From Patescibacteria group bacterium (lineage in GTDB: Bacteria; Patescibacteriota; Patescibacteriia; JAHIZJ01): a stretch of 64,000 nucleotides of DNA. The translations under genes were made by a program, and so were the position numbers. The stretch is from assembly GCA_041650335.1 (NCBI GenBank), contig JBAZLK010000001.1:228940-292939 (forward strand), read 5' to 3'. Under the pieces are notes generated by a model that was not told where the DNA came from, searched no databases, and saw only the letters and a list, made by a program, of their open reading frames with translations. This document shows, in pieces, positions 44,434 through 52,741 of this stretch; the first letter of the stretch is position 1, and every line of letters starts with the position of its first letter.

Positions 44434-45063
44434 ATGGCGAGAGGTATCGATCATAAATGCAAGCAGTGTCGCCGAGAGGGTGAGAAACTTTTTCTCAAAG
44501 GCGAAAAGTGTTTCAGCGGCAAATGCCCGATCGTAAAGCGGAATTACCCGCCGGGACTCCACGGCGTGAAGGGGCGCTCGCGGCAATCAAATTTCGGTAT
44601 GCAGCTTCGCGAAAAGCAAAAGGCAAAACGCCTCTATCGCTTGAGCGAGCGGCAATTCTTTAATTATTTCCAAAAAGCCACAAAGCAGCAGGGCGAAACA
44701 GTCGAGAATTTCTTGCGCTTGCTCGAACTGCGGCTTGATAACGTCATCTACCGATTGGGTATCGGCGCCTCGCGCGATCAAGCTCGACAGATTGTCGGAC
44801 ACGGTTTTGTGCTGGTCAATGGCCGCGGGGTCAATATCCCGTCGTACCAAGTGAAGGCAGGCGACGTGATTACCATCAAGGAAACGAAGCAAAAACGGCC
44901 GGCTTTCCAGGAAGCGCTGAAGAAGCTGGAAAAACATGAAACCCCCTCCTGGCTGTCGTTTGATAAGCCCGCCGTCAAAGCAACGGTCACGGCCGTGCCA
45001 ACCATGCCTGAACTGAAGCAGAATTTTCAGCCCCAGCTGATCATCGAGTTTTATTCGCGATAA
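44434..45063 (+). CDS. rpsD: 30S ribosomal protein S4
   Basis: MARGIDHKCKQCRREGEKLFLKGEKC (zinc ribbon) and an S4 domain. Confidence 0.9.
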   Translation: MARGIDHKCKQCRREGEKLFLKGEKCFSGKCPIVKRNYPPGLHGVKGRSRQSNFGMQLREKQKAKRLYRLSERQFFNYFQKATKQQGETVENFLRLLELRLDNVIYRLGIGASRDQARQIVGHGFVLVNGRGVNIPSYQVKAGDVITIKETKQKRPAFQEALKKLEKHETPSWLSFDKPAVKATVTAVPTMPELKQNFQPQLIIEFYSR

Positions 45064-45084
45064 ATAATTAGATAAGCCACTTTT

Positions 45085-45885
45085 ATGGAAAAGATACCTT
45101 TACCAAAAAAATTAGGAATCACCCCGGTTGCCGATCATCAGGCGACCTTCACGATTGAGCCCTGCTATCCCGGATATGGTACCACGCTCGGCAACGCCTT
45201 GCGTCGGGTGCTCTTATCTTCGCTGGAAGGGGGAGCTATTACCGCCGTCAAGATCAAGGGTGTCAATCATGAATTTTCCACCCTGCCGAACGTAAAAGAA
45301 GATGTGGTCGAAATTATTTTGAATCTTAAGGCGATCCGTTTACAAGTGAACACCGATGAGCCTCAAACCGTCACCATCAAGGCCAAGGGCGAGAAGAAGG
45401 TTACCGGCAAGGATATAAAATGTCCGACCGGCGTCGAAGTATTTACTACCGACCAGATCATTGCCACGCTGACAGACAAAAGCGCGGAATTTGAAGCTGA
45501 GCTCCGGGTGGAAAAAGGGCGCGGCTATATTCCCGTCGAAAACCGGGAAAAAGAGAAGAATGAAATTGGCATGATCGCCATTGATGCCGTCTATACGCCA
45601 ATTCGAAACGTCAACTTCGAAGTGGATAGTGTGCGGGTCGGTCAGATGACGAATTTCGATAAGCTCGTCCTTGATATTACTACCGACGGCACGATTTCGC
45701 CGGTGGAAGCCTTTACGCAAGCAACGCAGATTCTCGAAGATCATTTCCAATTCATCCTGGGCGCGGCCAAAGAAGAGCACGCGACCGAGGAGCCGGCCGA
45801 GAAGGAAAAAGAGAAGGAAGAAAAAGCCGCCGAACCGAAGAAGAAACGCGGCCGCCCGAAAAAAACTGAAGCGAAAGAGGAATAA
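45085..45885 (+). CDS. rpoA: DNA-directed RNA polymerase alpha subunit, N-terminal (dimerisation/assembly) domain only, with AT-hook-like Lys-rich tail instead of the alpha-CTD
   Basis: GYGTTLGNALRRVLLSSLEGGAITAVKIKGVNHEFSTLP is the alpha-NTD; the protein ends ...EEHATEEPAEKEKEKEEKAAEPKKKRGRPKKTEAKEE at 266 aa. No helix-hairpin-helix CTD is present. Confidence 0.85.
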   Translation: MEKIPLPKKLGITPVADHQATFTIEPCYPGYGTTLGNALRRVLLSSLEGGAITAVKIKGVNHEFSTLPNVKEDVVEIILNLKAIRLQVNTDEPQTVTIKAKGEKKVTGKDIKCPTGVEVFTTDQIIATLTDKSAEFEAELRVEKGRGYIPVENREKEKNEIGMIAIDAVYTPIRNVNFEVDSVRVGQMTNFDKLVLDITTDGTISPVEAFTQATQILEDHFQFILGAAKEEHATEEPAEKEKEKEEKAAEPKKKRGRPKKTEAKEE

Positions 45886-45900
45886 TAACCGTCATCAGTT

Positions 45901-46368
45901 ATGCGTCATCGAAGTAAGAAAAAAACACTCGATCGTCCCACGTCGCAACGCCGCCTGCTTCGACGCAATTTAGCGGTGAGTCTGATTGTGTCGGAGCACA
46001 TCCAGACCACGGTCGCCAAGGCGAAATGGCTGCGTCCATTCGTCGAACGGCTCATCACCCTGTCACGGAAGCAAACTCTGGCGGCGCGGCGCCATGCCCT
46101 TGATCTGCTGACTGACCGAACAGCGGTGAATAAGCTCATCCATGAGCTCGCCCCGCGCTATGCGAAGCGCCCCGGCGGCTATACTCGTATCGTGAAAACA
46201 GGCCCGCGCTCCGGCGATGGCGCTCGGATGGCCGTGATCGAGTTTGTCGATCGTCCAGCCGCGCCAACATTGAAGAAGGGGAAGGGCAAAGACAAGGAAG
46301 AAAAATCGAAAGAAGGAACCGGCGATAAGAAAGAACATAAAGGAAAAGAGCATGCGGAGAAAAAATAA
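45901..46368 (+). CDS. rplQ: 50S ribosomal protein L17 with Lys-rich C-terminal extension
   Basis: MRHRSKKKTLDRPTSQRRLLLRNLAVSLIVSEHIQTT...GGYTRIVKTGPRSGDGARMAVIEFV followed by the tail KKGKGKDKEEKSKEGTGDKKEHKGKEHAEKK. Confidence 0.9.
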   Translation: MRHRSKKKTLDRPTSQRRLLRRNLAVSLIVSEHIQTTVAKAKWLRPFVERLITLSRKQTLAARRHALDLLTDRTAVNKLIHELAPRYAKRPGGYTRIVKTGPRSGDGARMAVIEFVDRPAAPTLKKGKGKDKEEKSKEGTGDKKEHKGKEHAEKK

Positions 46369-46726
46369 GCATACCTTTAAAACACTCGAAACACATACGC
46401 TTGATGCCACCGGACAGTCGTTCGGTCGTTTAGCGACTCAAATCGCCCGGCTGCTACAGGGCAAGCATCGTCCCGAATATTCTCCGGAAGCCGACCCGAT
46501 CATTGTGGTAAATGTAACGCACGCCGAGGCGATGAAAATAACCGGGAAAAAACCGGAACAAAAAATATACTATCGCCACACCGGTTATCCCGGACACTTG
46601 AAAGGCGTTTCACTGGCCCATTTTCTAAAGGCGAAACCCAGCGTCATTATTTATAAAGCGGTTGAAAATATGCTTCCGAAAAACAGGCTCCGCAGCCGAC
46701 GACTCAATCGATTAAAATTTATATAA
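46352..46726 (+). CDS. rplM: 50S ribosomal protein L13
   Basis: LDATGQSFGRLATQIARLLQGKHRPEYSP; 17 nt overlap with rplQ. Confidence 0.85.
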   Translation: MRRKNKHTFKTLETHTLDATGQSFGRLATQIARLLQGKHRPEYSPEADPIIVVNVTHAEAMKITGKKPEQKIYYRHTGYPGHLKGVSLAHFLKAKPSVIIYKAVENMLPKNRLRSRRLNRLKFI

Positions 46727-46729
46727 CGT

Positions 46730-47266
46730 ATGCCACGTACTGCCAAAACTCCCAGCGATAAGATAGCGAAAGAAGCCAAACCGAAGAAACGCGGCCGGCC
46801 CCGGAAAACAGCGATAAAAAAAGAAATCCCGGTTGTCCAGCCGCCGCCAGTTGTTGAGAAACCGAAGGTGAAGCGCTTTACCTATCTCTTTACCGTCGGC
46901 CGACGCAAGGAGGCGGTTGCCCGCGTCCGCTATTATCGCAAAGGCGAAGGCAAGTTTACGGTGAACGCCAAGCCGATCGAACAATATTTTTCAACCTTGG
47001 AAACCCAAAATATTGTCAAAATGCCGATTCAGGCTGTCAGCGCCACGCTCGACGGGGACATCTCGATCAAAGTCCAGGGCGGCGGCAAGCGGGGACAAGC
47101 TGACGCGAGCCGATTGGGCATTGCACGATTATTGATCTTGCTTGATAAGAAAAACCGGCCGACCCTGAAGCGGCTGGGCTATTTGACGCGCGACCCGCGG
47201 GTGAAAGAACGGAAGAAATACGGCTTGAAGCGAGCCCGACGCGCACCACAGTGGCAGAAGCGCTAA
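46730..47266 (+). CDS. rpsI: 30S ribosomal protein S9 with ~65 aa Lys/Pro-rich N-terminal extension containing an AT-hook-like KKRGRPRKT
   Basis: The C-terminal half is GRRKEAVARVRYY...GGGKRGQADASRLGIARLL...GLKRARRAPQWQKR, canonical S9. The extension is MPRTAKTPSDKIAKEAKPKKRGRPRKTAIKKEIPVVQPPPVVEKPKVK. Confidence 0.9.
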   Translation: MPRTAKTPSDKIAKEAKPKKRGRPRKTAIKKEIPVVQPPPVVEKPKVKRFTYLFTVGRRKEAVARVRYYRKGEGKFTVNAKPIEQYFSTLETQNIVKMPIQAVSATLDGDISIKVQGGGKRGQADASRLGIARLLILLDKKNRPTLKRLGYLTRDPRVKERKKYGLKRARRAPQWQKR

Positions 47267-47267
47267 G

Positions 47268-47352
47268 ATAATTCAAAATTCAAAATTCATAAGTAAAAAT
47301 GATGGTATGCTGTCGCTTGTGCGGCGGGTGACATTCATTATACATTTTGCAT
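47268..47352. repeat. Copy B of the ~90 bp terminal-inverted-repeat element (see 39484-39585)
   Basis: taagataattcaaaattcaaaattcat...gcggcgggtgacattcattatacattttgcattttgaattatt; terminal IRs are mutually reverse-complementary. Confidence 0.6.
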
Positions 47353-47353
47353 T

Positions 47354-48841
47354 TTGAATTATTACTTCACGATGACGCCAAGCTATCACCCAGATCGAAT
47401 AGCCCGGAATACCTCGTATCTGACGATTGCCCTGACCGCCCAAAAGGTACTTTCCTTCGTTTATTTTATTTATATCTCTCGGTCGATCGGAAGCGAGGAG
47501 ATCGGCCGGTATCTGTTTGCGCTGTCCTTAACGACGATTGTCGGCGTTTTCATCGATATCGGATTGAACCCGGTCCTGACGCGTGAAATCGCGAAAGACC
47601 CTCAAAAAACCCACCTCTATTTAAATACCACCTTTTCGCTGAAACTCCTCCTGGCCGTGCTTGCGTACGGTGCCGTTTTTTTGTTTATCAACCTGCCGTT
47701 TCTGGGCTATCCAGCCGAGACGAAACACTTGGTCTATCTCTCGGGCCTCGTCATGATATTCGACACCTTTGTTTTGAGCTTCTATTCGATCTTCCGCGGC
47801 TACCAAGTTCTGAAATACGAGTCGCTGGGCGTTATCCTCAATAAAGTCGTGGTGATGGGCTTGGGCGTATTATTTGTTTTAATGCACAAAGGGACGCTCT
47901 TCCTGGTCCTGGCAATTTTGTTCGGGAGCTTGTTCAACTTTGTGTATACCGTGAGTTTATTGATTCGCAAGGTCCAGTGGCGCCCGCGGTTTTACCTCGA
48001 CAAAAATGTTTTAAAAGCACTACTTCGGATCGCGCTACCATTTGCCATCGCCAGCATATTTACAGTCATTTACGGTTCGATTGATTCGGTCCTACTCAAC
48101 ATGCTCAGTGGCGCCCGCGGCAACAGTTTTGTCGGCTGGTACGGTACGGCCTATAAATTGACCTACTCATTTCAATTTATTCCGATTGCGGTCGGGGCGG
48201 CGGTGTTTCCGGCCATGAGTTCGTATTTTATTTCGTCAAAGGCCTTATTGGCGCGGACCTTTGAACGGGCATCGTATTATCTGCTCGTGATCGTCATGCC
48301 GATCGTGTTCGGCGTTTTTGCGGTTGCCGAAAAACTCATTCTCCGGCTCTGGGGCAATGCCTTCGGTACCTCAATCCATCCGCTGCAAATCTTGATTTTT
48401 AGCTTGATCTTCGTTTTTCTCACCTTTCCGATCGGAGCCCTCTTGAATGCCAGCAATCGCCAGACGCGTAATACGATCAATATCGGCATCGCCATGGTCG
48501 TTAACATTATTTTAAATTTGATCCTGATACCAAAATATACGTTTATCGGCACGAGTATTTCCTCGCTGGTCTCGACCTTCATTCTTTTTGCCCTCGGTTT
48601 GTCGGTCGTCCGTCAAACTATCGCCGTGAACTGGCGGTATCTCGTCACCATTGTTTTCAAAACGCTGGTCTCAGCCCTGATTATGGTTGGCATTCTATTG
48701 GCTTTGAAGGAAAGAGTATCGTTTATCATATTAATTCCGCTGGGCGTCGTGATATATTTTCTGGCACTTTTCCTGTTTCGGGGCTTTGGCCAAAACGAGT
48801 ATAAACGGATATTTCACGTCGTCCTGCGGCGATTTTCATGA
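47354..48841 (+). CDS. Polysaccharide/O-antigen flippase (Wzx, MOP superfamily)
   Basis: 12-14 TM helices; N-terminal TIALTAQKVLSFVYFIYISRSIGSEEIGRYLFALSL is typical of the Wzx/polysaccharide biosynthesis protein family. 4 nt overlap with the next gene. Confidence 0.75.
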   Translation: MNYYFTMTPSYHPDRIARNTSYLTIALTAQKVLSFVYFIYISRSIGSEEIGRYLFALSLTTIVGVFIDIGLNPVLTREIAKDPQKTHLYLNTTFSLKLLLAVLAYGAVFLFINLPFLGYPAETKHLVYLSGLVMIFDTFVLSFYSIFRGYQVLKYESLGVILNKVVVMGLGVLFVLMHKGTLFLVLAILFGSLFNFVYTVSLLIRKVQWRPRFYLDKNVLKALLRIALPFAIASIFTVIYGSIDSVLLNMLSGARGNSFVGWYGTAYKLTYSFQFIPIAVGAAVFPAMSSYFISSKALLARTFERASYYLLVIVMPIVFGVFAVAEKLILRLWGNAFGTSIHPLQILIFSLIFVFLTFPIGALLNASNRQTRNTINIGIAMVVNIILNLILIPKYTFIGTSISSLVSTFILFALGLSVVRQTIAVNWRYLVTIVFKTLVSALIMVGILLALKERVSFIILIPLGVVIYFLALFLFRGFGQNEYKRIFHVVLRRFS

Positions 48842-49983
48842 AGCGCTCTCTCTTTGTCACGCTCGACTACCCGCCGCGCGTGGGCGGGGTAGCGAGGGTG
48901 TATACGAACCTTATCCGCCGATTGCCGCCCGATCGCGTCCTGGTCTTGGCTCCGCCGGAAAGGCAAGACCATCTTTTTGATCGTCGCGAACCATATCGCA
49001 TTATCCGGCGAAGTTTTTATACCCGCCTGCCGTTGCTTTGGCCGAAATGGTTGCCATTACTGATAACCATTTTTCGGTTGGTCAGGCGCGAACACGTCGA
49101 GTGTATCCACGTGGGTCAGGTTTTGCCGATCGGCACGGCCGTATTACTGCTGCAAAAATTTTTCCATGTTCCCTATATTGTCTACTCTCACGGCTTAGAT
49201 GTAACCGCGCCGCAGGCATGGCCGCGCAAGAAACGACTGATCCAGAAGATACTCAATCAGGCGGCCGCGATTGTCGCCAACAGCGAGTTTACAAAGCAGG
49301 AGATAATCCGGCTGGGCGTACCGGCTGACAAGATACTGGTTTTGACGCCAGCCTGCAGCTTGCTCGGCGCGGCGGCGGGTCAGGGCTTGATTGAAACAGT
49401 GCGTCGGCGTCATAATCTAGACGGACGCGAGGTGCTTTTGACTGTCGGACGGCTCGAAGAACGGAAAGGCCAAGACAGCGTTATCCGGGCACTGGGAGAA
49501 TTACTCCCTCGCCATCCGCAACTGGTCTACGTGGTTGTCGGCGCTGGGCCGGACGAACAGCGACTGCACCATTTGGCCGATGAATGTCAGGTAGCCGGGC
49601 AGGTGATTTTTGCTGGCCGGATACCGGACGAAGAACTGCCGGCCTATTATCAAAACTGCGATGTTTTTTGCATGCCGTCGCGCGAACTCTCAAATCGAGA
49701 TGTTGAAGGATTTGGCATTGTCTATCTCGAAGCGAACGCCTATGGCAAGCCAGTCGTTGGCGGGAAGAGCGGCGGCGTCGCTGAAGCGATTATCGACGGT
49801 CAAACCGGACTTCTTGTCTCACCGGGCGATCAGCCGGCGCTGGTTCAGGCAATTGACCGATTGCTGACCGACCAGGCGTTTGCCGTTCGGCTCGGACGCG
49901 CCGGCCAAGCGCGAGTCGAAAAAGAGTTTAACTGGGAGACGCGCGCCCGCGTCGTACGACAATTGATTGAACGACTGCCATGA
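48838..49983 (+). CDS. Glycosyltransferase family 4 (GT-B, retaining)
   Basis: EGFGIVYLEANAYGKPVVGGKSGGVAEAIIDGQTGLLV is the GT4 EX7E region. Confidence 0.8.
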   Translation: MKRSLFVTLDYPPRVGGVARVYTNLIRRLPPDRVLVLAPPERQDHLFDRREPYRIIRRSFYTRLPLLWPKWLPLLITIFRLVRREHVECIHVGQVLPIGTAVLLLQKFFHVPYIVYSHGLDVTAPQAWPRKKRLIQKILNQAAAIVANSEFTKQEIIRLGVPADKILVLTPACSLLGAAAGQGLIETVRRRHNLDGREVLLTVGRLEERKGQDSVIRALGELLPRHPQLVYVVVGAGPDEQRLHHLADECQVAGQVIFAGRIPDEELPAYYQNCDVFCMPSRELSNRDVEGFGIVYLEANAYGKPVVGGKSGGVAEAIIDGQTGLLVSPGDQPALVQAIDRLLTDQAFAVRLGRAGQARVEKEFNWETRARVVRQLIERLP

Positions 49984-51164
49984 AACCAATTGATGTATTA
50001 ATGCTGAACATGTCCAGTTTCCAGGAATGGCAAAGCGGCATTGTCAACCGAAATTTTCATGTCCTTAAAAACCTGTTAGCCCGGCCCGAGATCGGACGGG
50101 TGTTGGCCGTTGATTATCTGCCATTTTCCTTGAAGCGGGGATTAAAATCATATTTAGAGTCACAGGCCTTCGGCATGAAAGGCAAGGTGTTGTATCGGGA
50201 TTTTACGAATCGGCTTGTTCAAATCGACGCCTCCCGGCTGGGCCGTCACCGCGACAAGCTCTACACATTTTCCACCATTGATTCGGTCGTGTCAGAAGGG
50301 TTGGCGATGCGGAGCATTGAGCGGGCCGTCCGAAAGGTCGGGCTCGATTCGCCCCTGCTTTGGTCTTATTTGCCTCTCTATACGAAGCCTTTTACGCTCT
50401 TTACGGACCGGCTGACTGTTTTCGACGCTGTTGACGACTGGCGCAATCATTCGTCATATCAGGCACAGCGCGAGAAACTCGAACGCAACTATGCCCTGAT
50501 CAGCGAAAAAGCGGACTGCATTTTTACCGTCGCCGATGATTTGCGCCTGCTGTTCGGAAATAAAACAAATGTTCATTGGATACCAAACGGCGTTGATTAC
50601 GAGCGGTGGCAGGGCCGGCCTGATTTTCCTGACGATCTCGTTGGCATTCCGGCACCAATCATCGGGTATGTCGGCGTAATCCAGCACCGGATAGATCTGA
50701 AATTAATCCAGCGCGTCGCCGAAAAAAATCCTAATAAATCATTCGTTTTTGTCGGCGTCGTCTGGCCAGATGTCGATCAGTCGAAACTGCAGAGGTTGTC
50801 CAATGTCTATTTTCTTGGCCAGAAGCCGTATGATGAACTGCCAAAATACCTGACGCATTTTCATATTGGTATCATCCCGCATAAAGTTGATCCTTTTACG
50901 AAGTCCATGAATCCCCTGAAGCTCTATGAATACCTGGCCTGCGGTTTGCCGGTGGTCTCGACGCCGGTGGCCGGATTGGAAATGTTTCCGGGCATGATTC
51001 GAGTCGCTTCGGACGACGAATATTTCAGCCAGCAAATCGACGAGGCGCTCGCGACTGACAGCCAAGAACAACGCCTGATGCGCAAAGCGGCCGTGAAACC
51101 GCATTCCTGGACGACTCGAGTTGAGACGATGCTGTCGGTCATCAAACCGCAACTTCGTGATTAG
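49980..51164 (+). CDS. Glycosyltransferase (GT1/GT4-like C-terminal domain)
   Basis: ...GIIPHKVDPFTKSMNPLKLYEYLACGLPVVSTPVAG... is the GT-B C-terminal nucleotide-sugar binding region. 4 nt overlap with the upstream gene. Confidence 0.65.
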   Translation: MKPIDVLMLNMSSFQEWQSGIVNRNFHVLKNLLARPEIGRVLAVDYLPFSLKRGLKSYLESQAFGMKGKVLYRDFTNRLVQIDASRLGRHRDKLYTFSTIDSVVSEGLAMRSIERAVRKVGLDSPLLWSYLPLYTKPFTLFTDRLTVFDAVDDWRNHSSYQAQREKLERNYALISEKADCIFTVADDLRLLFGNKTNVHWIPNGVDYERWQGRPDFPDDLVGIPAPIIGYVGVIQHRIDLKLIQRVAEKNPNKSFVFVGVVWPDVDQSKLQRLSNVYFLGQKPYDELPKYLTHFHIGIIPHKVDPFTKSMNPLKLYEYLACGLPVVSTPVAGLEMFPGMIRVASDDEYFSQQIDEALATDSQEQRLMRKAAVKPHSWTTRVETMLSVIKPQLRD

Positions 51165-51196
51165 GATTTTTTGATAATTTTTGTTACACTTCAGCT

Positions 51197-51526
51197 ATGC
51201 TCAAAGAATCAGTCTACGTGAAAATTGAGACGGCTGTCCCGGTGGCAGAGGCCGAACGGATACGGAAAGCGCTCGGCGATGCCGGGGCTGGGAAGGTTGG
51301 TAATTACTCGCATTGCAGCGGTTCCTGGATTTCAATCGGCCGATTTACGCCCCTGGCCGGTGCAAAACCCGCCATTGGTGTTATTGGGACGCACGAAGAA
51401 GTTAACGAGGAGATAATCCAGGTACTTTGCCACAAGGATAAAGTCAAAGATGTCGTTGCCGCCCTGAAAAAAGCCCATCCCTATGAAGAGCCGCCGATTG
51501 ACATCATTCCACGATACGAGGTATAA
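51197..51526 (+). CDS. Small alpha/beta protein, CutA/PII-like fold suspected; hypothetical
   Basis: VYVKIETAVPVAEAERIRKALGDAG...AHPYEEPPIDIIP; the terminal HPYE(V/E)P motif resembles CutA1. Weak evidence. Confidence 0.35.
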   Translation: MLKESVYVKIETAVPVAEAERIRKALGDAGAGKVGNYSHCSGSWISIGRFTPLAGAKPAIGVIGTHEEVNEEIIQVLCHKDKVKDVVAALKKAHPYEEPPIDIIPRYEV

Positions 51527-51570
51527 GTTACGGGAAAGGTATTGCATAATGTCAAAATGTTTGGTAATTT

Positions 51571-51646
51571 GCCGGAGTAGCTCAGTTGGTAGAGCAACGC
51601 TTTTGTAAAGCGAAGGTCGGGGGTTCGAATCCTCTCTCCGGCTCCA
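51571..51646 (+). tRNA. tRNA-Thr (anticodon UGU)
   Basis: Manual cloverleaf fold of gccggagtagctcagttggtagagcaacgcttttgtaaagcgaaggtcgggggttcgaatcctctctccggctCCA: 7 bp acceptor, D-arm gctc/gagc, anticodon loop ttTGTaa, T-loop ttcgaat, encoded CCA. Confidence 0.85.
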
Positions 51647-51822
51647 GACGAACGTCGCAAACCAAATCAGAAAGCCTGGCAAAAAGCTTTAAATAAGTTC
51701 ATTGCTCATATAAACTCACAAAACAGTAACAGTTGAAATAGCCAGTAAAACCAATAAACAAATTAACTAATCAATCGATAAACCAATAAATCAATCATCT
51801 ATTATTCTAATAAACCATCCTT

Positions 51823-51978
51823 ATGTCCCAGGACAACCTCATCAAGCTCGAATGCACGGTTTGCAAACACACCAACTATCAATCGCACAAAAACAAGAAG
51901 ACCCTGAAAAATCGGCTCGAACTCAAGAAATATTGTACTTGGTGTGGCAAGCATACTGTTCATAAAGAAACAAAATAA
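51823..51978 (+). CDS. rpmG: 50S ribosomal protein L33 (not in supplied ORF track; below size cutoff)
   Basis: Translation: [51 protein letters not shown] is a Cys4 zinc-ribbon L33 (LECTxCKxxNY...LELKKYCxxCxKHTxHKE). Confidence 0.9.
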   Translation: MSQDNLIKLECTVCKHTNYQSHKNKKTLKNRLELKKYCTWCGKHTVHKETK

Positions 51979-51980
51979 GC

Positions 51981-52400
51981 ATGACCGGCACGGACGCTCG
52001 CTATCCAGAGACTGGCACGACCTGGAAGGTTGTTGATGAAATAATCGAAATCCGGTTAGGTGCTGATAGCGCTAGCCATGAGGCCTCAGTCGGCGAGATG
52101 CTTTGGTTGGAAGAACAGCTGAAAATTTTCCAAACGCAATTTCCAAATAAGCGCTGGGGAATCGCGATTGATTTCAGCCGCTTACCGGTTCAGCAGACGA
52201 GCGCCGCTCGATTTCGTTCGATGATGAGTTGGCTCTTGAAAGAGGCGAGTGTGGCCGCACTGGCGGTGATTCAAGCGGCGCATTCATATAAAGTGGTGAT
52301 TCAAACAATTCTTTTTGCTTCACCGAGCGCGACCGGAAAATTAAAATTTTTTGATCAACAGGAAATTGCCAACGAATGGCTGAAGATAAAAAGCAGATAA
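51981..52400 (+). CDS. Hypothetical protein, possibly STAS-like fold
   Basis: 139 aa. The alternating beta/alpha pattern (IEIRLGADSA...IAIDFSRLPVQQTSAARF...VVIQTILFASPSATG...FFDQQEIANEWL) resembles anti-sigma-antagonist/STAS-like domains. Weak. Confidence 0.3.
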   Translation: MTGTDARYPETGTTWKVVDEIIEIRLGADSASHEASVGEMLWLEEQLKIFQTQFPNKRWGIAIDFSRLPVQQTSAARFRSMMSWLLKEASVAALAVIQAAHSYKVVIQTILFASPSATGKLKFFDQQEIANEWLKIKSR

Positions 52401-52484
52401 CAAGCAATACCGCGATGAGCGCAGGCAGGCGTAGGTCTCCAGCCGCGTACCGATAGAGCGCATGAAATGATATCATTACATGAT

Positions 52485-52558
52485 GGGGGCGTAGTTCAAC
52501 AGTAGAACACTGGTCTCCAAAACCAGAAACGAGGGCGCGACACCTTCCGCCCCTGCCA
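52485..52558 (+). tRNA. Atypical tRNA-Trp (anticodon CCA) with non-canonical D-loop and T-loop
   Basis: gggggcgTAgttcAACAGTAgaacActggtCTCCAAAaccagAAACgagggCGCGACAccttccgcccctGCCA. Acceptor, D-stem, anticodon arm and 3' end closely match bacterial tRNA-Trp (compare E. coli AGGGGCGTAGTTCAATTGGTAGAGCACCGGTCTCCAAAACCGG...CCGCCCCTGCCA). The T-loop reads CGCGACA instead of TΨCGAGU and the D-loop lacks G18G19 (AACAGTA). Confidence 0.6.
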
Positions 52559-52741
52559 TGTAGTGATATACCCCTCGAACGTTTATCGAAATCAGGCAAA
52601 GTAAGGCGTCCTCTGGTGCGGGGCGATTCCCTTCGCTCCGGCCAGCAACCACCTCCCTTTGTTTAGACCGCACCCATTTTCAGTTATAAATCCGAAATCA
52701 AGAAGAATTGCATAGTACCCGAAAACCGCTATAATTATGCT

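Noticed and set aside
52559-52740. Possible second tRNA or T-arm fragment downstream of tRNA-Trp (ggtgcggggcgattcccttcgctccgg).
   Set aside because: I could not fold a cloverleaf on either strand. It is noted only as GC-rich stem-forming sequence.
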